DNA of 63,588 nt, counting the filler. It is 7 parts of 7 records of this genome, joined end to end, with 100 filler letters (N's around TTAATTAATTAA, not from the genome) between each part and the next. Parts side by side here need not be neighbours in the genome. Positions count along the whole stretch, not along the records: positions 1 to 11,013 come from SRR31147125_6155; positions 11,114 to 17,663 come from SRR31147125_6168; positions 17,764 to 27,369 come from SRR31147125_6182; 4 more parts are not named here. The stretch is one strand, 5' to 3'. The notes beneath the pieces are model-generated. The model was not told where the DNA came from. It was given only the letters and a program-made list of their open reading frames with translations, and ran no database searches. This document shows positions 10,037-21,262 of the stretch, piece after piece (the stretch's first letter is position 1; each line of letters starts with the position of its first letter). Made by a program: the position numbers and the translations under genes.

Positions 10037-10234
10037 TTAACTTTCTTTTATTGGTGAAGAAGCAAGTTTTCCTATTTCTTCTACACTTAACCCTGTTATA
10101 GCAGATATTGTTTTTATATCTATTCCCTGTTTAAGTGAATTTCTTGCTACTTTTAACTTTTCCTCTTTCATCCCCTCTTCTCGTGCTATCGCTCTTGTTT
10201 CTTGTACATCGTAATGGACTGCCATTTCAAACAT
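10037..10234 (-). CDS. Candidate internally initiated RpnS-like small protein (65 aa)
   Basis: In-frame ATG at 10234 (MFEMAVHYDV...) with GGGAGG 9 nt upstream. Confidence 0.55.
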   Translation of the reverse strand: MFEMAVHYDVQETRAIAREEGMKEEKLKVARNSLKQGIDIKTISAITGLSVEEIGKLASSPIKES

Positions 10235-10639
10235 TTTCTCCAGCCTCCCTTCATAAATATTCTCAATAATTTCCTTAATCTCCTCTTCAGGAGTATTTAT
10301 TCTGCTCAATAGTAGTTTCATTGCTTCTGCAATTTTTTCCAGTTCTTTTCTACTACTCACGTTTTCCTTTAGTTTATCCCAGTATTCACATTTAATTGAT
10401 TCTATTTTTTTTAAATCTGCCGGTCTTTTTATTTTATCAATTATAAATAAAGCTGATAATAAGTCTTGGTGTGATTGTAACTCTTCAAATGATATATTGT
10501 TTAAATTAATCAGTTCATACTTAAAATCTGGAATAAAAACAATACGTTTCAGTATATCAATTATAGGACTTCTATATTTTAAAATAGTGTAAATTGGTAA
10601 ACATAAGTTGTATTGACACTTTATAGATGCTTGTTTCAC
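10037..10639 (-). pseudogene. Rpn (recombination-promoting nuclease/putative transposase) family, N-terminally truncated
   Basis: Contains FIPDFKYELINLN and the C-terminal EEGMKEEKLKVARNSLKQGIDIKTISAITGLSVEEI typical of Rpn proteins. The PD-(D/E)XK N-terminal region is missing. Confidence 0.7.
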
Positions 10640-10730
10640 TACACTTCTTATAAGTTAATATGTCAATTATTATACTATAGTTTAATACTTGACACTTTTA
10701 CTTTGATTTTATGTTTTAAATATTCTTATT

Positions 10731-10769
10731 AAAAAAAGCCACTGCTACTAACGGAAGCAATGGCTTTTT
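10731..10769 (-). terminator. Intrinsic terminator
   Basis: AGCCATTGCT/AGCAGTGGCT stem followed by a T-run on the minus strand. Confidence 0.7.
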
Positions 10770-10782
10770 CAAATATCTTTTA

Positions 10783-11013
10783 CTAATTCTCATAATCATC
10801 AATTGTTAATCCTTCATCTGTTTTCCAAGCTGTTCTACCATTAACAGATGAATTTCTCACTACGGCACCAGCTGCCGATGGTAATGAAAATGCTGTATCT
10901 TCAGTTAATTGATAAAAGTTTTCATCGTCTATCTCTTTTATGATTCCATCTTTTATTAATTGAGCTCTTAGTTTAGAATAGTTATGAGAGTTAAAGCTTT
11001 TTACTTCTTTTTT
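10783..11013 (-). CDS. C-terminal fragment of a DUF4357/RAMA-like domain protein, cut by the contig end and carrying a small indel
   Basis: Translates as ..LTEDTAFSLPSAAGAVVRNSSVNGRTAWKTDEGLTIDDYEN*. Confidence 0.65.
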   Translation of the reverse strand, partial: KKEVKSFNSHNYSKLRAQLIKDGIIKEIDDENFYQLTEDTAFSLPSAAGAVVRNSSVNGRTAWKTDEGLTIDDYEN

Positions 11014-11113
11014 NNNNNNNNNNNNNNNNNNNNNNNNNNNNNNNNNNNNNNNNNNNNTTAATTAATTAANNNNNNNNNNNNNNNNNNNNNNNNNNNNNNN
11101 NNNNNNNNNNNNN
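11014..11113. other. Artificial contig linker
   Basis: N-run/TTAATTAATTAA/N-run, which gives stops in all six frames. Confidence 0.98.
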
Positions 11114-11856
11114 TTTTTCTCAAATTCTTCATCCGAATTCATAATCTCTGTTACCTGCGTTGAATAATATACATTAAAAAAATCGCGGTAACTTTTTAGT
11201 CCCCAGTAATCTGAATTTTCTATTTCAATATTTTCGAGGAAACTCCAGAGTGAGTCTGATTTCTCATAATCTTCATTCTTTGCATAATATTCATGATATC
11301 TGGGGTATCTCATTAACATGGTAGCAGATAGATATTCAATGTTTTTAGGCTCCAGTGTATTAAATACTTTATTATTCACAGATAGTTTGCTGTATTCATC
11401 AATCAATAAATGCTCTAAAGAATCTACTTTTTGGATAAATATCTCTTCGTTAAGACTATAAAATTCATTTTGAGGTATTGTAATTTCAGATTTAAACAAA
11501 ATTTTACTGGCCAAATAATTATTTATTTCAGCTCCAATTCCTGAATATGTAATCGACTTATCGAATTCTTTGGCATCAAGTTCAACATAGATGCTATCTC
11601 CGGGACTTAAAAATAAATCTGAATATTCTCCGGTTTGAATAATTCCATACGAAGGTTTTTCCAAATCAATTTTTATAGAGAAAGAACCATCTTCTTGAAT
11701 TTTAGCTGTGTCTTTCTTTTCATTTATTGTTACCGTTACATATTCGTTTGTTGGATCAATAATTTTTCCATTAACAATGGCAATGTTCTCAACATTGGAA
11801 TTATTGCACGAAAATAAAAACAGAACAGGTAGAAGAAATAGATATAATTTTCTCAT
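11114..11856 (-). CDS. Bacteroidota lipoprotein, probably TlpA/AhpC-TSA-associated, 3'-truncated
   Basis: Lipobox LFSC and an N-terminal beta-rich domain (DGSFSI, LFLSPGDSI). The catalytic domain is not visible. Confidence 0.55.
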
Positions 11857-11919
11857 AATAAAGGGTTTTAAAAATAGTTTGGAAAATTAATTGAAATACC
11901 AAGAAATAAAAAGCTTTAT

Positions 11920-13119
11920 CTAAACGAAATGTGGATCTAAGAATTTTAGAGCAATCCATGCCATCGTTCCCAGGCTTGTTTTTAATGCATTCTCATCAAC
12001 CAAAAAAGATGGGGAATGCAGCGGCGACGGATTCGTATTATCTTTTCCCTGAACCCCCAATCGATAAAATGTACTCGGGTATTTTTGCGAGAAATAAGCA
12101 AAATCTTCAGCTGTCATTCGTAAATCGAGATCAAGGACATTTTCATCGCCCAGGAAATCTTTTGCAAATTTTGAAGCTTGTGTTGTTGTTGCATCGTCAT
12201 TAACAAGAAACGGGTATCCTTTTTTTATTTCAAAATCGCAACTGCCTCCCATGCCTTCCGCAATGGATTCCGCCATTTTAACCATTTTGTTATGGGCCTC
12301 GTCTCTCCAGGCTTCGTCCATGGTTCGGAATGTGCCTTCTACTTTCACTTCTGAAGGAATTATGTTGGTTGCACCATCTCCATTTATTTTTCCAAACGAA
12401 AGAACAGTTGGTACCGTTACATTGGCGCTCCTGCTAACAAGCTGTTGCAGGGCAACAATTATGTGCGATGTAATAAGAATAGGATCGACCACTTGATGTG
12501 GCATGGCAGCATGCCCACCTTTCCCTTTTACGGTAACATAAATCTCGTCTGCTGAGGCCATATACATACCAGGGCGAAAACCAACTTTACCAGCCTCAAT
12601 GTTGGGCTGCACATGCTGACCGATAATAATTTCCGGTTCTTGTTCATCAAACAATCCTTCTTCGAGCATTAATTTGGCTCCACCGGGTAATTTTTCTTCC
12701 CCTGGTTGAAAGATAATTTGTACTGTTCCCTCAAAATCGTTTTCTAATTCTTTTAAAATAAGTGCAACGCCCAATACCGATGAGGTATGCACGTCGTGTC
12801 CACAGGCATGCATTACACCTTCATTTTTAGATTTGAAATCAAGGTCGTTGTTTTCCTGGATGGGCAATGCATCCATATCTCCGCGCAATGCTATCGTTTT
12901 TTTCTCAGGATTTTTTCCTTTTATGGTTGCAAGGATACCTGTTTTTACAAATCCGGCTTTAAATGGAATTTTGTATTCAGTAAGTTTCTTCTGAATAAAT
13001 TTTGATGTCTCAAACTCATGAAACGATAATTCAGGATTTTCGTGAAGATGTCTTCTTATTGCTGTTACTTCTTTGATGTACTTATCTACCAGAGAATGTA
13101 GCTTTTCTTTTAATTCCAT
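11920..13119 (-). CDS. M20 family amidohydrolase
   Basis: Motifs HENPELS, RGDMDALP, MHACGHD, FQPGEE, GGHAA and AEDF. Confidence 0.95.
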   Translation of the reverse strand: MELKEKLHSLVDKYIKEVTAIRRHLHENPELSFHEFETSKFIQKKLTEYKIPFKAGFVKTGILATIKGKNPEKKTIALRGDMDALPIQENNDLDFKSKNEGVMHACGHDVHTSSVLGVALILKELENDFEGTVQIIFQPGEEKLPGGAKLMLEEGLFDEQEPEIIIGQHVQPNIEAGKVGFRPGMYMASADEIYVTVKGKGGHAAMPHQVVDPILITSHIIVALQQLVSRSANVTVPTVLSFGKINGDGATNIIPSEVKVEGTFRTMDEAWRDEAHNKMVKMAESIAEGMGGSCDFEIKKGYPFLVNDDATTTQASKFAKDFLGDENVLDLDLRMTAEDFAYFSQKYPSTFYRLGVQGKDNTNPSPLHSPSFLVDENALKTSLGTMAWIALKFLDPHFV

Positions 13120-13124
13120 TAGAT

Positions 13125-13492
13125 TTATTTACCGATAATCATTTTTGCTCCTGCAATCAACATTAAAACACCAAATGCTTTTTTGAGTGTTTTTGCAGGT
13201 AAATTTACAGATAATAATGAACCCAGGTAATTCCCGATTACAAATGCAAGAAGCAATAGGAAAACATATTTAAAATTAACATACCCTTTTTGTGGTAATT
13301 TATTACTGAAAGCAACATAACAGGAAAAACCAGAACCCCGAGACTTGTCCCTTGCGCCTGATGTTGAGAAAAACCAAATATAAAAACCAGGGCGGGTACT
13401 AAAATTATTCCGCCGCCAACACCAAGACCACCTGCAATAAAACCAGCAGCAATCCCGACGAGTAATAGAAGTAAGATGTCGTTAATTGTCAT
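13125..13492 (-). CDS. TauE/SafE (TSUP) family membrane protein, frameshifted near 13287-13291
   Basis: Motifs GGLGVGGGIILVP and QHQAQGTSL. The shifted frame continues GYVNFKYVFLL...KMIIGK*. Confidence 0.85.
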
Positions 13493-16400
13493 TAAAAATC
13501 TAAGCTAAGTGAAAAATAAAATACCATTGGGAGAATTGTTTGGTTCTCGATACCCCAAGCCCAGTCGAATCGCATGAAGTAACCCAGAAGCTGGGTTCTT
13601 AACCCGGCACCATAACCAGCAACAATCGGGTCGCGGTTGGCATCTACAGTAATTTTTATGGGGCCTGTTTCATATATCTTGTTGTCGTATGCATTCTTGC
13701 CTGAATACGGAGTGAGCCCTTTCCATGCACTTCCGATATCAAAAAATCCAACAATCTGGAAATTCTCTAAAAAAGCAGAACTCATAGGGTGGTTTACCAA
13801 GTATTTAATAATAGGCCACCTTATTTCGTTATTTATCAATGCAAAGTTATTCCCGTTTCTTATGTTTTGTGAGAATCCTCTCATATTGGTTGCCACAGTC
13901 TGGTAAACATAGTTCTGGTCATAATCTATTGGAATTTCATCCAGCGGGATAAAGGTTGGGGTTTTTGAAGAGAGGTTTGTCCAGTTATCAACTCCGCCTA
14001 AGTAGTAAATAAGTCGGGAACTCCCAAATGTGGTACTGGCAGCAAAACGGCTGGCCCAAATTAAGTTCCTGTGAATCCTCACATAATGCCTGAAATCTAC
14101 CCCGGCAACAAACAAATCATCTCTTTTTAGATTTGCTTGTTTGTAGGCTTCGGTAAATAACTTATACCTTGTCCCTGAATACAGGTTTTTACCCAATGAA
14201 CGTGTATTATCAAAAATGTATTCTGCTTTTACTCCGAGCCAAATTTTATGCGATTCCGGTTTATCCAACGATTGAGGTATTGCCGGGGTGGAAAGGTAAG
14301 TTACCTGATCGTGCCTTAAAGACAATGTTCCTTTTAATGCGGTAACCTGGTTAAATGGATATCGCAATATTCCTAGAAACTGATGTGAGTGTGTTTTTAT
14401 AAAATATTGCCTGTCACTTCCATCTTCAATGAAATTTTTAAAAGCTTGCCTGTGGAATATAAATTGTTTGTCTACTTTTTTCTTTAAGTTCTCGAGGCTT
14501 ATGAGGTATTCATTTGCATCAAAATCGCCTGAAAAACGATAGCCACCAGTTATTTTATAATCCTCAAATAAATCGTAAGTCCCTAATTTAAATAACATAT
14601 TGAAGCCCGGATTGAAATAAACCGCCCCTCCGGTAAACGCTTGGTACGATTCGTTTAAGAAACTAAAATCAATTTGGCTTACAAGTTGGTTGGGATAAAA
14701 TGCCGGAAGATAAATTCTTACTTTGGGTTTGTTCTCCTCCAGTGTTGCACTATCCAATGTAAAGTTGACATTGTAATTTTGTGCATTCAATTTTTCATTG
14801 TAATAATTAATTTTTTCGCGTTCAAACACATAGTTTGTCACATCAATTGGGTACCTGTCTAATTGAATGGTATCTAAAGTTTCCAGGCTCCCTGTTTTGT
14901 TTAGAATAAGTTTGTTGTCTTCAATACTTTGTATGGCAATTGTTTTCTTCTTAGTTTGTTTTACGCTGTCTTTTCTGGCAAGATCTTTTCTTTCTTTCGA
15001 TTTAAAATTTGTAACATTAACTTCATTTTTTGGTATGTCAAAATCAGGATCGAAATCTCTTTTGAACAAATGGTACCGGCCATCTTTATAGAGGATTTCG
15101 GCTAACACATCAGCTTCTGCGTTGTAATCGTAATCAATAATATTTCTCGAATAGTTTGTAACCGGGTAACTATTAGTTGTATATCTATAATGTGTTGTTG
15201 TATCTATAAAGCTTATAACACTATCAAATTTCGATACATAACGGTTTTGGATTCCATTGTAATCATTAATATGTACAAACTTATTTTTATCTACCTCAAT
15301 AGGTTGGAGTTTGTTTGAATACTCATAACTGTCGAGCCGTGTTAAAGCATTTGATTTTGATTTGTAATTATAGATATACAATTCTTGCGTGCTTTTTGTT
15401 AAAGGGCTTGGATTGTCGAAATGGATTGTATCTCCCAATCTATTGGAAGTAAAGATTATTTTTTCAGAATTGTTGATAAACCGTGGGTGGAAGTCGTCAG
15501 CTATATCATTTGTTAATTTCTCATTTGTTGCAGATGCCAGCGTATGCACAAAAATATCCGACTGACCATTTTGCACTGCTGATAGTACTATCTGCGACCC
15601 ATCATGATTGAAAGAATAGTCTAGAATTTTGTCGAAATACAGAAAGTTCCTTTTCGTTAATTCTTTATTGAAAACTGTATAGTAGTAAAAGTCAATCCCT
15701 CCTTCTTCTTCTGTCATAAAACTTAAAATTCTGCCCGATGGATGCCATGCTAAAATTGGGTAAGAATAATCGGTTATTTGCTCAAGCCTGTGTTCTCTTT
15801 TAAGAATTTGCCTGTATTTTCTGTTTGCGTGTTGTACAAATAAATACGATATTGTCCATCTTCATTTGTAACAAAGGCAATGTATGTTCCCGTTGGACTA
15901 ACCTTAACCTGCTGATAAACCCGCTTCTTTTTGGTCTTTTTCATTATCCTGCCATCTTCGGGAAAATAACTGTCAGCATCATCAGCATATTGATTTATGT
16001 AATAACCCAGCCAGTCGTACGATAATTCTTTTAGGTTTAGGCCAAGTACATAAAGAAATCCATAGTTTGTGTTTTTATTAATGCGTGTTAAATATAAAAT
16101 ATTTGGGATAACTGATTTACCATATGTTAATCCAATATACCGCCAGAATGAGTGCCCTGCATAAACGGCATTTTCACCTTCCAGTCTGCTGAATTTTTTA
16201 TACTTCTCAGTAATAATACCGTCTTTTACACGGTCTTCAATCTCAATGTTCCAGTCTTTAGAAACATAAGAAATGAGTCCCTCTATGTACCATTCGGGCA
16301 GGGAAATAAGTGTAGAGTTGGTTACATTTTCTCTAATGGCGCTGCCATAGAGCATTTCGTTAATAACAACCCTTGTTATTGCAGCGGCAATTTGTTCCCT

Positions 16401-16823
16401 GAATTTTTGGTAATCGCCTTCATAAAAAAGGAATACCTTATTTTTATTTATTTGGGTTACACCACCTACGTTGTATTCTTCTTTACCTGTAACAAGGCCA
16501 ATGTTGCTTTGCCTGAAATCAGAAAGTTTGTTGTAAACAAGAAATATTACTCTTTGCTCTAACACATAATCAAAAAAGCTTTCAATCCTTACAAGTTCTT
16601 TTTCCACAACATCGGCTGTGTACTCTGCCAGTTCGCGACCATCTTGGTTAAAATAAGTATCGAATCGCTCAAAACGGTAGTATTGCCAGTAAAAATCATT
16701 GTATTGCACCCTGTTTTTACCAAACGTCATCTGATGGCCATTGTAGAATTGACCTGTTGAATCAGCGTTATATGTTAAAATAAATATAATTATGATTGAT
16801 ATGTAACGAAATATTGATCTCAC
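13492..16823 (-). CDS. Large outer-membrane protein with a peptidase MA-like N-domain, TolB/PD40 propeller and Omp85/BamA-like barrel; one gene split near 15818
   Basis: The ORFs 15774-16823 and 13492-15717 are joined by the frame KYRQILKREHRLEQITDYSYPILAWHPSG. It has a signal peptide, FGKNRVQY, PEWYIEGL, MRGF and a terminal FSLSLDF. Confidence 0.75.
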
Positions 16824-17017
16824 TCGTTGAATAATTTGGGAATAAAATTAGCTATTCCTGTTGAAAAAGAACCAAAATTGAACTTTAATTGTTCAAGATA
16901 ATATAAAATTTAATGTTTGTTAGCAGCTTTTTTTTAAGTTCATTTTTTAAGGTTGAAAAATAATAACTTTGTATATTTAATAAATAATTAATTTGTAAAA
17001 CCATAAAATTTATAATT

Positions 17018-17663
17018 ATGAGGCGATTAGGCGTATTAATCGTTATGTTAAGTGCGATTTTGATTTATACCCATGGACAACAAAAAGGGCCAAATATCTC
17101 TTTTAATACAGTTAAGCACGATTTTGGTAAAATAAAAGAAAATGGTGGTAAGGTTGTGTATAAATTTGAGTTTACCAATACAGGAAATCAACCTTTAATA
17201 GTAAATAATGTTAAACCATCATGTGGGTGTACAACACCACAGTGGAGCAGGCAGCCGGTTTTGCCAGGTGCAAAGGGGTATATAGAAGCAGAATTTGATC
17301 CTAAAGGCAGAAAGGGGCCATTTAACAAATCAATTTCGGTAACTACGAATGGAAACACAAGTTCTTCTGTATTGCACATTACTGGAAATGTATTAGAAGG
17401 AGAGAAGACACTTGAAGAAATCTATCGGTATAAAATGGGTGATATCCGTTTAATGCGCAGAAATGTATATTTTTCCCGCATAGAACCAGATCAAATTAAA
17501 AGTGAAACATTGGATATTGTCAATCCGTCAGATAAAAATGTGACTGTTCAATTTAAAGGTGTGCCAGATCATATTAAAATTACGGTAGAACCTTCAACAC
17601 TTAAGCCAAATGAAAAAGGCCAAATAAAAGCAACATACGATGCTTCTAAAGTTAATGATTGGG
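17018..17663 (+). CDS. DUF1573 domain protein, 3'-truncated
   Basis: Motifs HDFGKI, FTNTGNQPL and SCGCT; Ig-like repeats. Confidence 0.85.
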
Positions 17664-17763
17664 NNNNNNNNNNNNNNNNNNNNNNNNNNNNNNNNNNNNN
17701 NNNNNNNTTAATTAATTAANNNNNNNNNNNNNNNNNNNNNNNNNNNNNNNNNNNNNNNNNNNN
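17664..17763. other. Artificial contig linker
   Basis: N-run/TTAATTAATTAA/N-run. Confidence 0.98.
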
Positions 17764-17833
17764 TTTTCTGAAAACTTGCCAAGATAGATTAAAGCTCTGA
17801 GTGCATATTTACATGTATTTGATAACATGATAA

Positions 17834-19201
17834 TTATTTTAAGTTTAACATTTTTTTACTGAACGATTTTTCCGAAAACTCAGGAAATTCCTTCTTTTCT
17901 CCAAGCGCATTTTTATTGAAATTAACCAGCGCGTTTTTTACCTTTCCGTTTACAAAATCCAGGTTTTTACGCTTTTTAAACGCCCATTCGTAAGCTTTCA
18001 TACCGGCATTCCACGAAAAACTATCATTATTTTCTTCAACGCTTTTCTTCCTGTTTAGCAATAACAAATCGTGCAAAGGAATTTTTACCGGACAAACGTT
18101 GGTACAGGCTCCGCAAACTGTGCAGGCAAAACTCAGATGATTATATTTATCGAATCCTTTTAAAAACGGAGTAATTACCGAACCTATTGGCCCGCTGTAA
18201 GTTGTATTGTAAGTATAACCGCCTATATTTTTATAAACCGGACAGGCATTTAAACAAGCTCCACAACGTAAACATTTTAAAGCTTCGTAATGTTTTTCTT
18301 CGCAAGCCAGTTCGCTGCGTTTGTTGTCGAGTAAAACAACAAACATTTTTTCCGGGCCGTTTTTTTCATTCTTCCTCTTCGGACCCGACAGCAACGAATT
18401 ATAGACCGTAACTTGTTGTCCGGTTCCAAGTGCCGAGAGTAAAGGAAAAAATAAAGATAAATCGTTAATCGACGGAATAATTTTTTCAATTCCGGTAATA
18501 GCAATATGCACTTTCGGAAAAGAAACCGACATAAATCCGTTTCCTTCGTTTTCGGTAAGCGCCACGCCACCAACATCGGCAACCAGAAAATTAGATCCGG
18601 TTACGCCAACTTCGGCCGAAGTAAATTTTTTGCGCAAAACCTTTCGTACATAACGAGTTAATTCTTCGGGTGTTGAATTGGCAGGAGTATCAAACTTTTC
18701 GTTAAAAAGTTTGGCAACATCCTCTTTCGATTTATGCATTGCCGGAGTTAAAATATGATAAGGTTTTTCTCCTGCAACCTGAACGATAAACTCACCTAAA
18801 TCAGTTTCTACAGGCTCGAAACCAGCCGATTCTAAATTTTCGTTCAGCTCAATTTCTTCCGAAATCATAGATTTGCTTTTCACCAAAAGTTTGGCTTCGT
18901 TTTCTTTTAAAATCCTTTTGATTTCAGAAACAGCCTCTTGCCCATCTCTTGCCCAAACAACTTCAATTCCGTTGTTTTGCGCATTTTTTTCAAATTCTTC
19001 GAGATAATAGGCAAGGTTAGAAACAACCTTACCTTTTAGGTATGATGCCCGCTGTTTTGCCAAATCCATATTTCTGAAACGAAGCTTTCCTTTTGCAACC
19101 GATTCGTCGTACCTCGAAATATTAAAATTTAATGTTTTTCGATGCTTTTTGTCGAATGCAATTTCTGAGTCGTTGAGAAATATGTTTTTAAGTTTCGGCA
19201 T
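17834..19201 (-). CDS. lutB: LutB/LldF family lactate utilization Fe-S protein
   Basis: Motifs KSKSM.SEE, ETDLGEFI, HI.TPAMH, ENEGN, CLRCGACLNACP and CTVCGACTNVCP. Confidence 0.9.
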   Translation of the reverse strand: MPKLKNIFLNDSEIAFDKKHRKTLNFNISRYDESVAKGKLRFRNMDLAKQRASYLKGKVVSNLAYYLEEFEKNAQNNGIEVVWARDGQEAVSEIKRILKENEAKLLVKSKSMISEEIELNENLESAGFEPVETDLGEFIVQVAGEKPYHILTPAMHKSKEDVAKLFNEKFDTPANSTPEELTRYVRKVLRKKFTSAEVGVTGSNFLVADVGGVALTENEGNGFMSVSFPKVHIAITGIEKIIPSINDLSLFFPLLSALGTGQQVTVYNSLLSGPKRKNEKNGPEKMFVVLLDNKRSELACEEKHYEALKCLRCGACLNACPVYKNIGGYTYNTTYSGPIGSVITPFLKGFDKYNHLSFACTVCGACTNVCPVKIPLHDLLLLNRKKSVEENNDSFSWNAGMKAYEWAFKKRKNLDFVNGKVKNALVNFNKNALGEKKEFPEFSEKSFSKKMLNLK

Positions 19202-19650
19202 TATTTTATTGGAATCTGGGCAATTCTTCGTGCATGACGTCCACCTTCGAATTCAGCATTTAAAAAGGCTTTTACAATAGCCACAGCATCTTCGTCGGAA
19301 ACAAACCGACCGGGAAGAGCACACACATTGGCATTGTTATGTTGTCTCGCCAAAGTGGCTATTTCGGTATTCCAGCAAACACCTGAGCGAACTCCCTGAT
19401 GTTTATTGGCTGCAATACTAATTCCCTGACCACTTCCACAAAATGTAATGCCAATTTCAAATTCACCTTTTTCAATGGCTTCACCCATTAAATGTGCATA
19501 AATAGGGTAATCTACACTTTCATCAGAATAACAGCCTAAATCTTTGTATTTAAGGTTATTATCTTCTAAAAATTTTATAATTACCTGTTTTTTTGCAAAG
19601 CCTGCGTGGTCACTTGCCAATGCAATTATTTTACCTTCTAGATGCTTCAT
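19201..19650 (-). CDS. rpiB: Ribose-5-phosphate isomerase B
   Basis: Motifs SDHAG, DYP, CGSGQG, HNNAN and FEGGRHARR. Confidence 0.95.
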   Translation of the reverse strand: MKHLEGKIIALASDHAGFAKKQVIIKFLEDNNLKYKDLGCYSDESVDYPIYAHLMGEAIEKGEFEIGITFCGSGQGISIAANKHQGVRSGVCWNTEIATLARQHNNANVCALPGRFVSDEDAVAIVKAFLNAEFEGGRHARRIAQIPIK

Positions 19651-19677
19651 TTGTGCAAAAATAATACTTTTTGATAT

Positions 19678-21162
19678 TTATTTCTTTTTATTCGTTTTAA
19701 ATAAGCTTTTTAGCTCATTCTTTTCAAACCTAATTACAACCAACAGAAACATTGCAATAAATGTTGAATGGCTTAAATATTTAAAAGCCGGTTCCAAATT
19801 TTTGGTTAACAACGAAATTGAAAACAGAGTAAGGGCAATAAGAAAATAACTGCCAATTCGTTTTAAATCGTATGGAATGGGGTAGTGTTTCTTTCCTAAA
19901 ACATATGATATAATCATCATAACAAGGAAACACAAGAAAATGGCAATAGCCGACCCAACATAGCCCATAACAGGTATTAACAAAAAGTTTAACGATATTG
20001 TTATAATCGATCCAATTGCCGCAATATAAGCGCCGTATCGGGTTTTATCGGTAAGTTTATACCAAAGCGAAAGAGCAAAATAAATTCCAAAAAACAGATT
20101 CGCCATTAACACCAACGGAACAATTTTTAATCCGTCGTGGTATTCACTGTCAATCACTACTTTAACAACATCTATAAACAATACCATTCCAAGAAAAATT
20201 GCCAATCCAAAAATCACAAAATATTTCATAATGGTGGCATAAATTTTCGGATCTTCTTTAGAACCACCACGTGCAAAGAAAAATGGTTCAAACGCATAAC
20301 GAAATGCCTGGATAAACATATTCATCAACACAGCCAACTTAAAATTAGCTCCGTAAACCCCTAACTGATACATTGGATTTTGATCTTCGGGAACTAAAAA
20401 GGGGATAAGAATTTTATCAATGCTTTGATTAATAGCACCGGCTAAACCTACCAGTAAAATAGGAAAGCCATAATTAAGCATTTGATACAAAATTTGCTTA
20501 TCGAACCGCAACGAAACTTTAAAAACTTCGGGCAATAGAAGCACCAGAGTTAAAGCCGATGCAAATAAATTAGATATAAAAACGTAGCCTACTCCAATAT
20601 TTTCAGAATAAATAGCAGATAAAAAAGATTCGGGATTATTTTTTAATACTGCCGGGCAAATGCTTAAAAAGAAAATATTTAGAAATATGGTAGCAGCAAT
20701 ATTTATTAACTTAAGCGAAGCAAATTTTATTGGCCTGTTATTTAATCTTAAACGTGCAAAAGGAATAGAAATAAAAGCATCGATACCCAGAATAATACCA
20801 AACCATAAAATATATTCAGGGTGTTCTACATAATTAATAAATCCGGCTAATTCGTTTTTAAAAACAAGCACTAACAAAATAAAACTCAGCGATGTACCGA
20901 ATAATGTTATGATCGACGTGGAATATACTTTGTCGGGATTACTACTTTTTGAAGCATACCTGAAGAAAGCTGTTTCCATGCCATAGGTAAGTAACACCAG
21001 AAAAAATGCTACGTAAGCATACAAATTGGTAAATACCGCAAATATTTCAGGGGCAAAAATAAATGAATAATAGGGCGCCAGACACCAATTTAATATCCGC
21101 CCAAGAATACTACTTAAACCGTAAATGGCTGTATCGCTTGCTAATTTTTTAAATGGATTCAA
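19678..21162 (-). CDS. Polysaccharide/oligosaccharide flippase (MOP/MATE-like)
   Basis: About 14 hydrophobic segments; motifs TAIYGLSS, YGMETAFFR and AFRYAFEPFFF. Confidence 0.85.
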   Translation of the reverse strand: MNPFKKLASDTAIYGLSSILGRILNWCLAPYYSFIFAPEIFAVFTNLYAYVAFFLVLLTYGMETAFFRYASKSSNPDKVYSTSIITLFGTSLSFILLVLVFKNELAGFINYVEHPEYILWFGIILGIDAFISIPFARLRLNNRPIKFASLKLINIAATIFLNIFFLSICPAVLKNNPESFLSAIYSENIGVGYVFISNLFASALTLVLLLPEVFKVSLRFDKQILYQMLNYGFPILLVGLAGAINQSIDKILIPFLVPEDQNPMYQLGVYGANFKLAVLMNMFIQAFRYAFEPFFFARGGSKEDPKIYATIMKYFVIFGLAIFLGMVLFIDVVKVVIDSEYHDGLKIVPLVLMANLFFGIYFALSLWYKLTDKTRYGAYIAAIGSIITISLNFLLIPVMGYVGSAIAIFLCFLVMMIISYVLGKKHYPIPYDLKRIGSYFLIALTLFSISLLTKNLEPAFKYLSHSTFIAMFLLVVIRFEKNELKSLFKTNKKK

Positions 21163-21262
21163 TTGCAGAAATTTTTAGCAAAGATAAAATCATTTGCTTT
21201 TAAAAATTAGTAAATAAAATTTTACAATAAGTTTTATATTTGAAGCGCTAAAATAAAATAAA

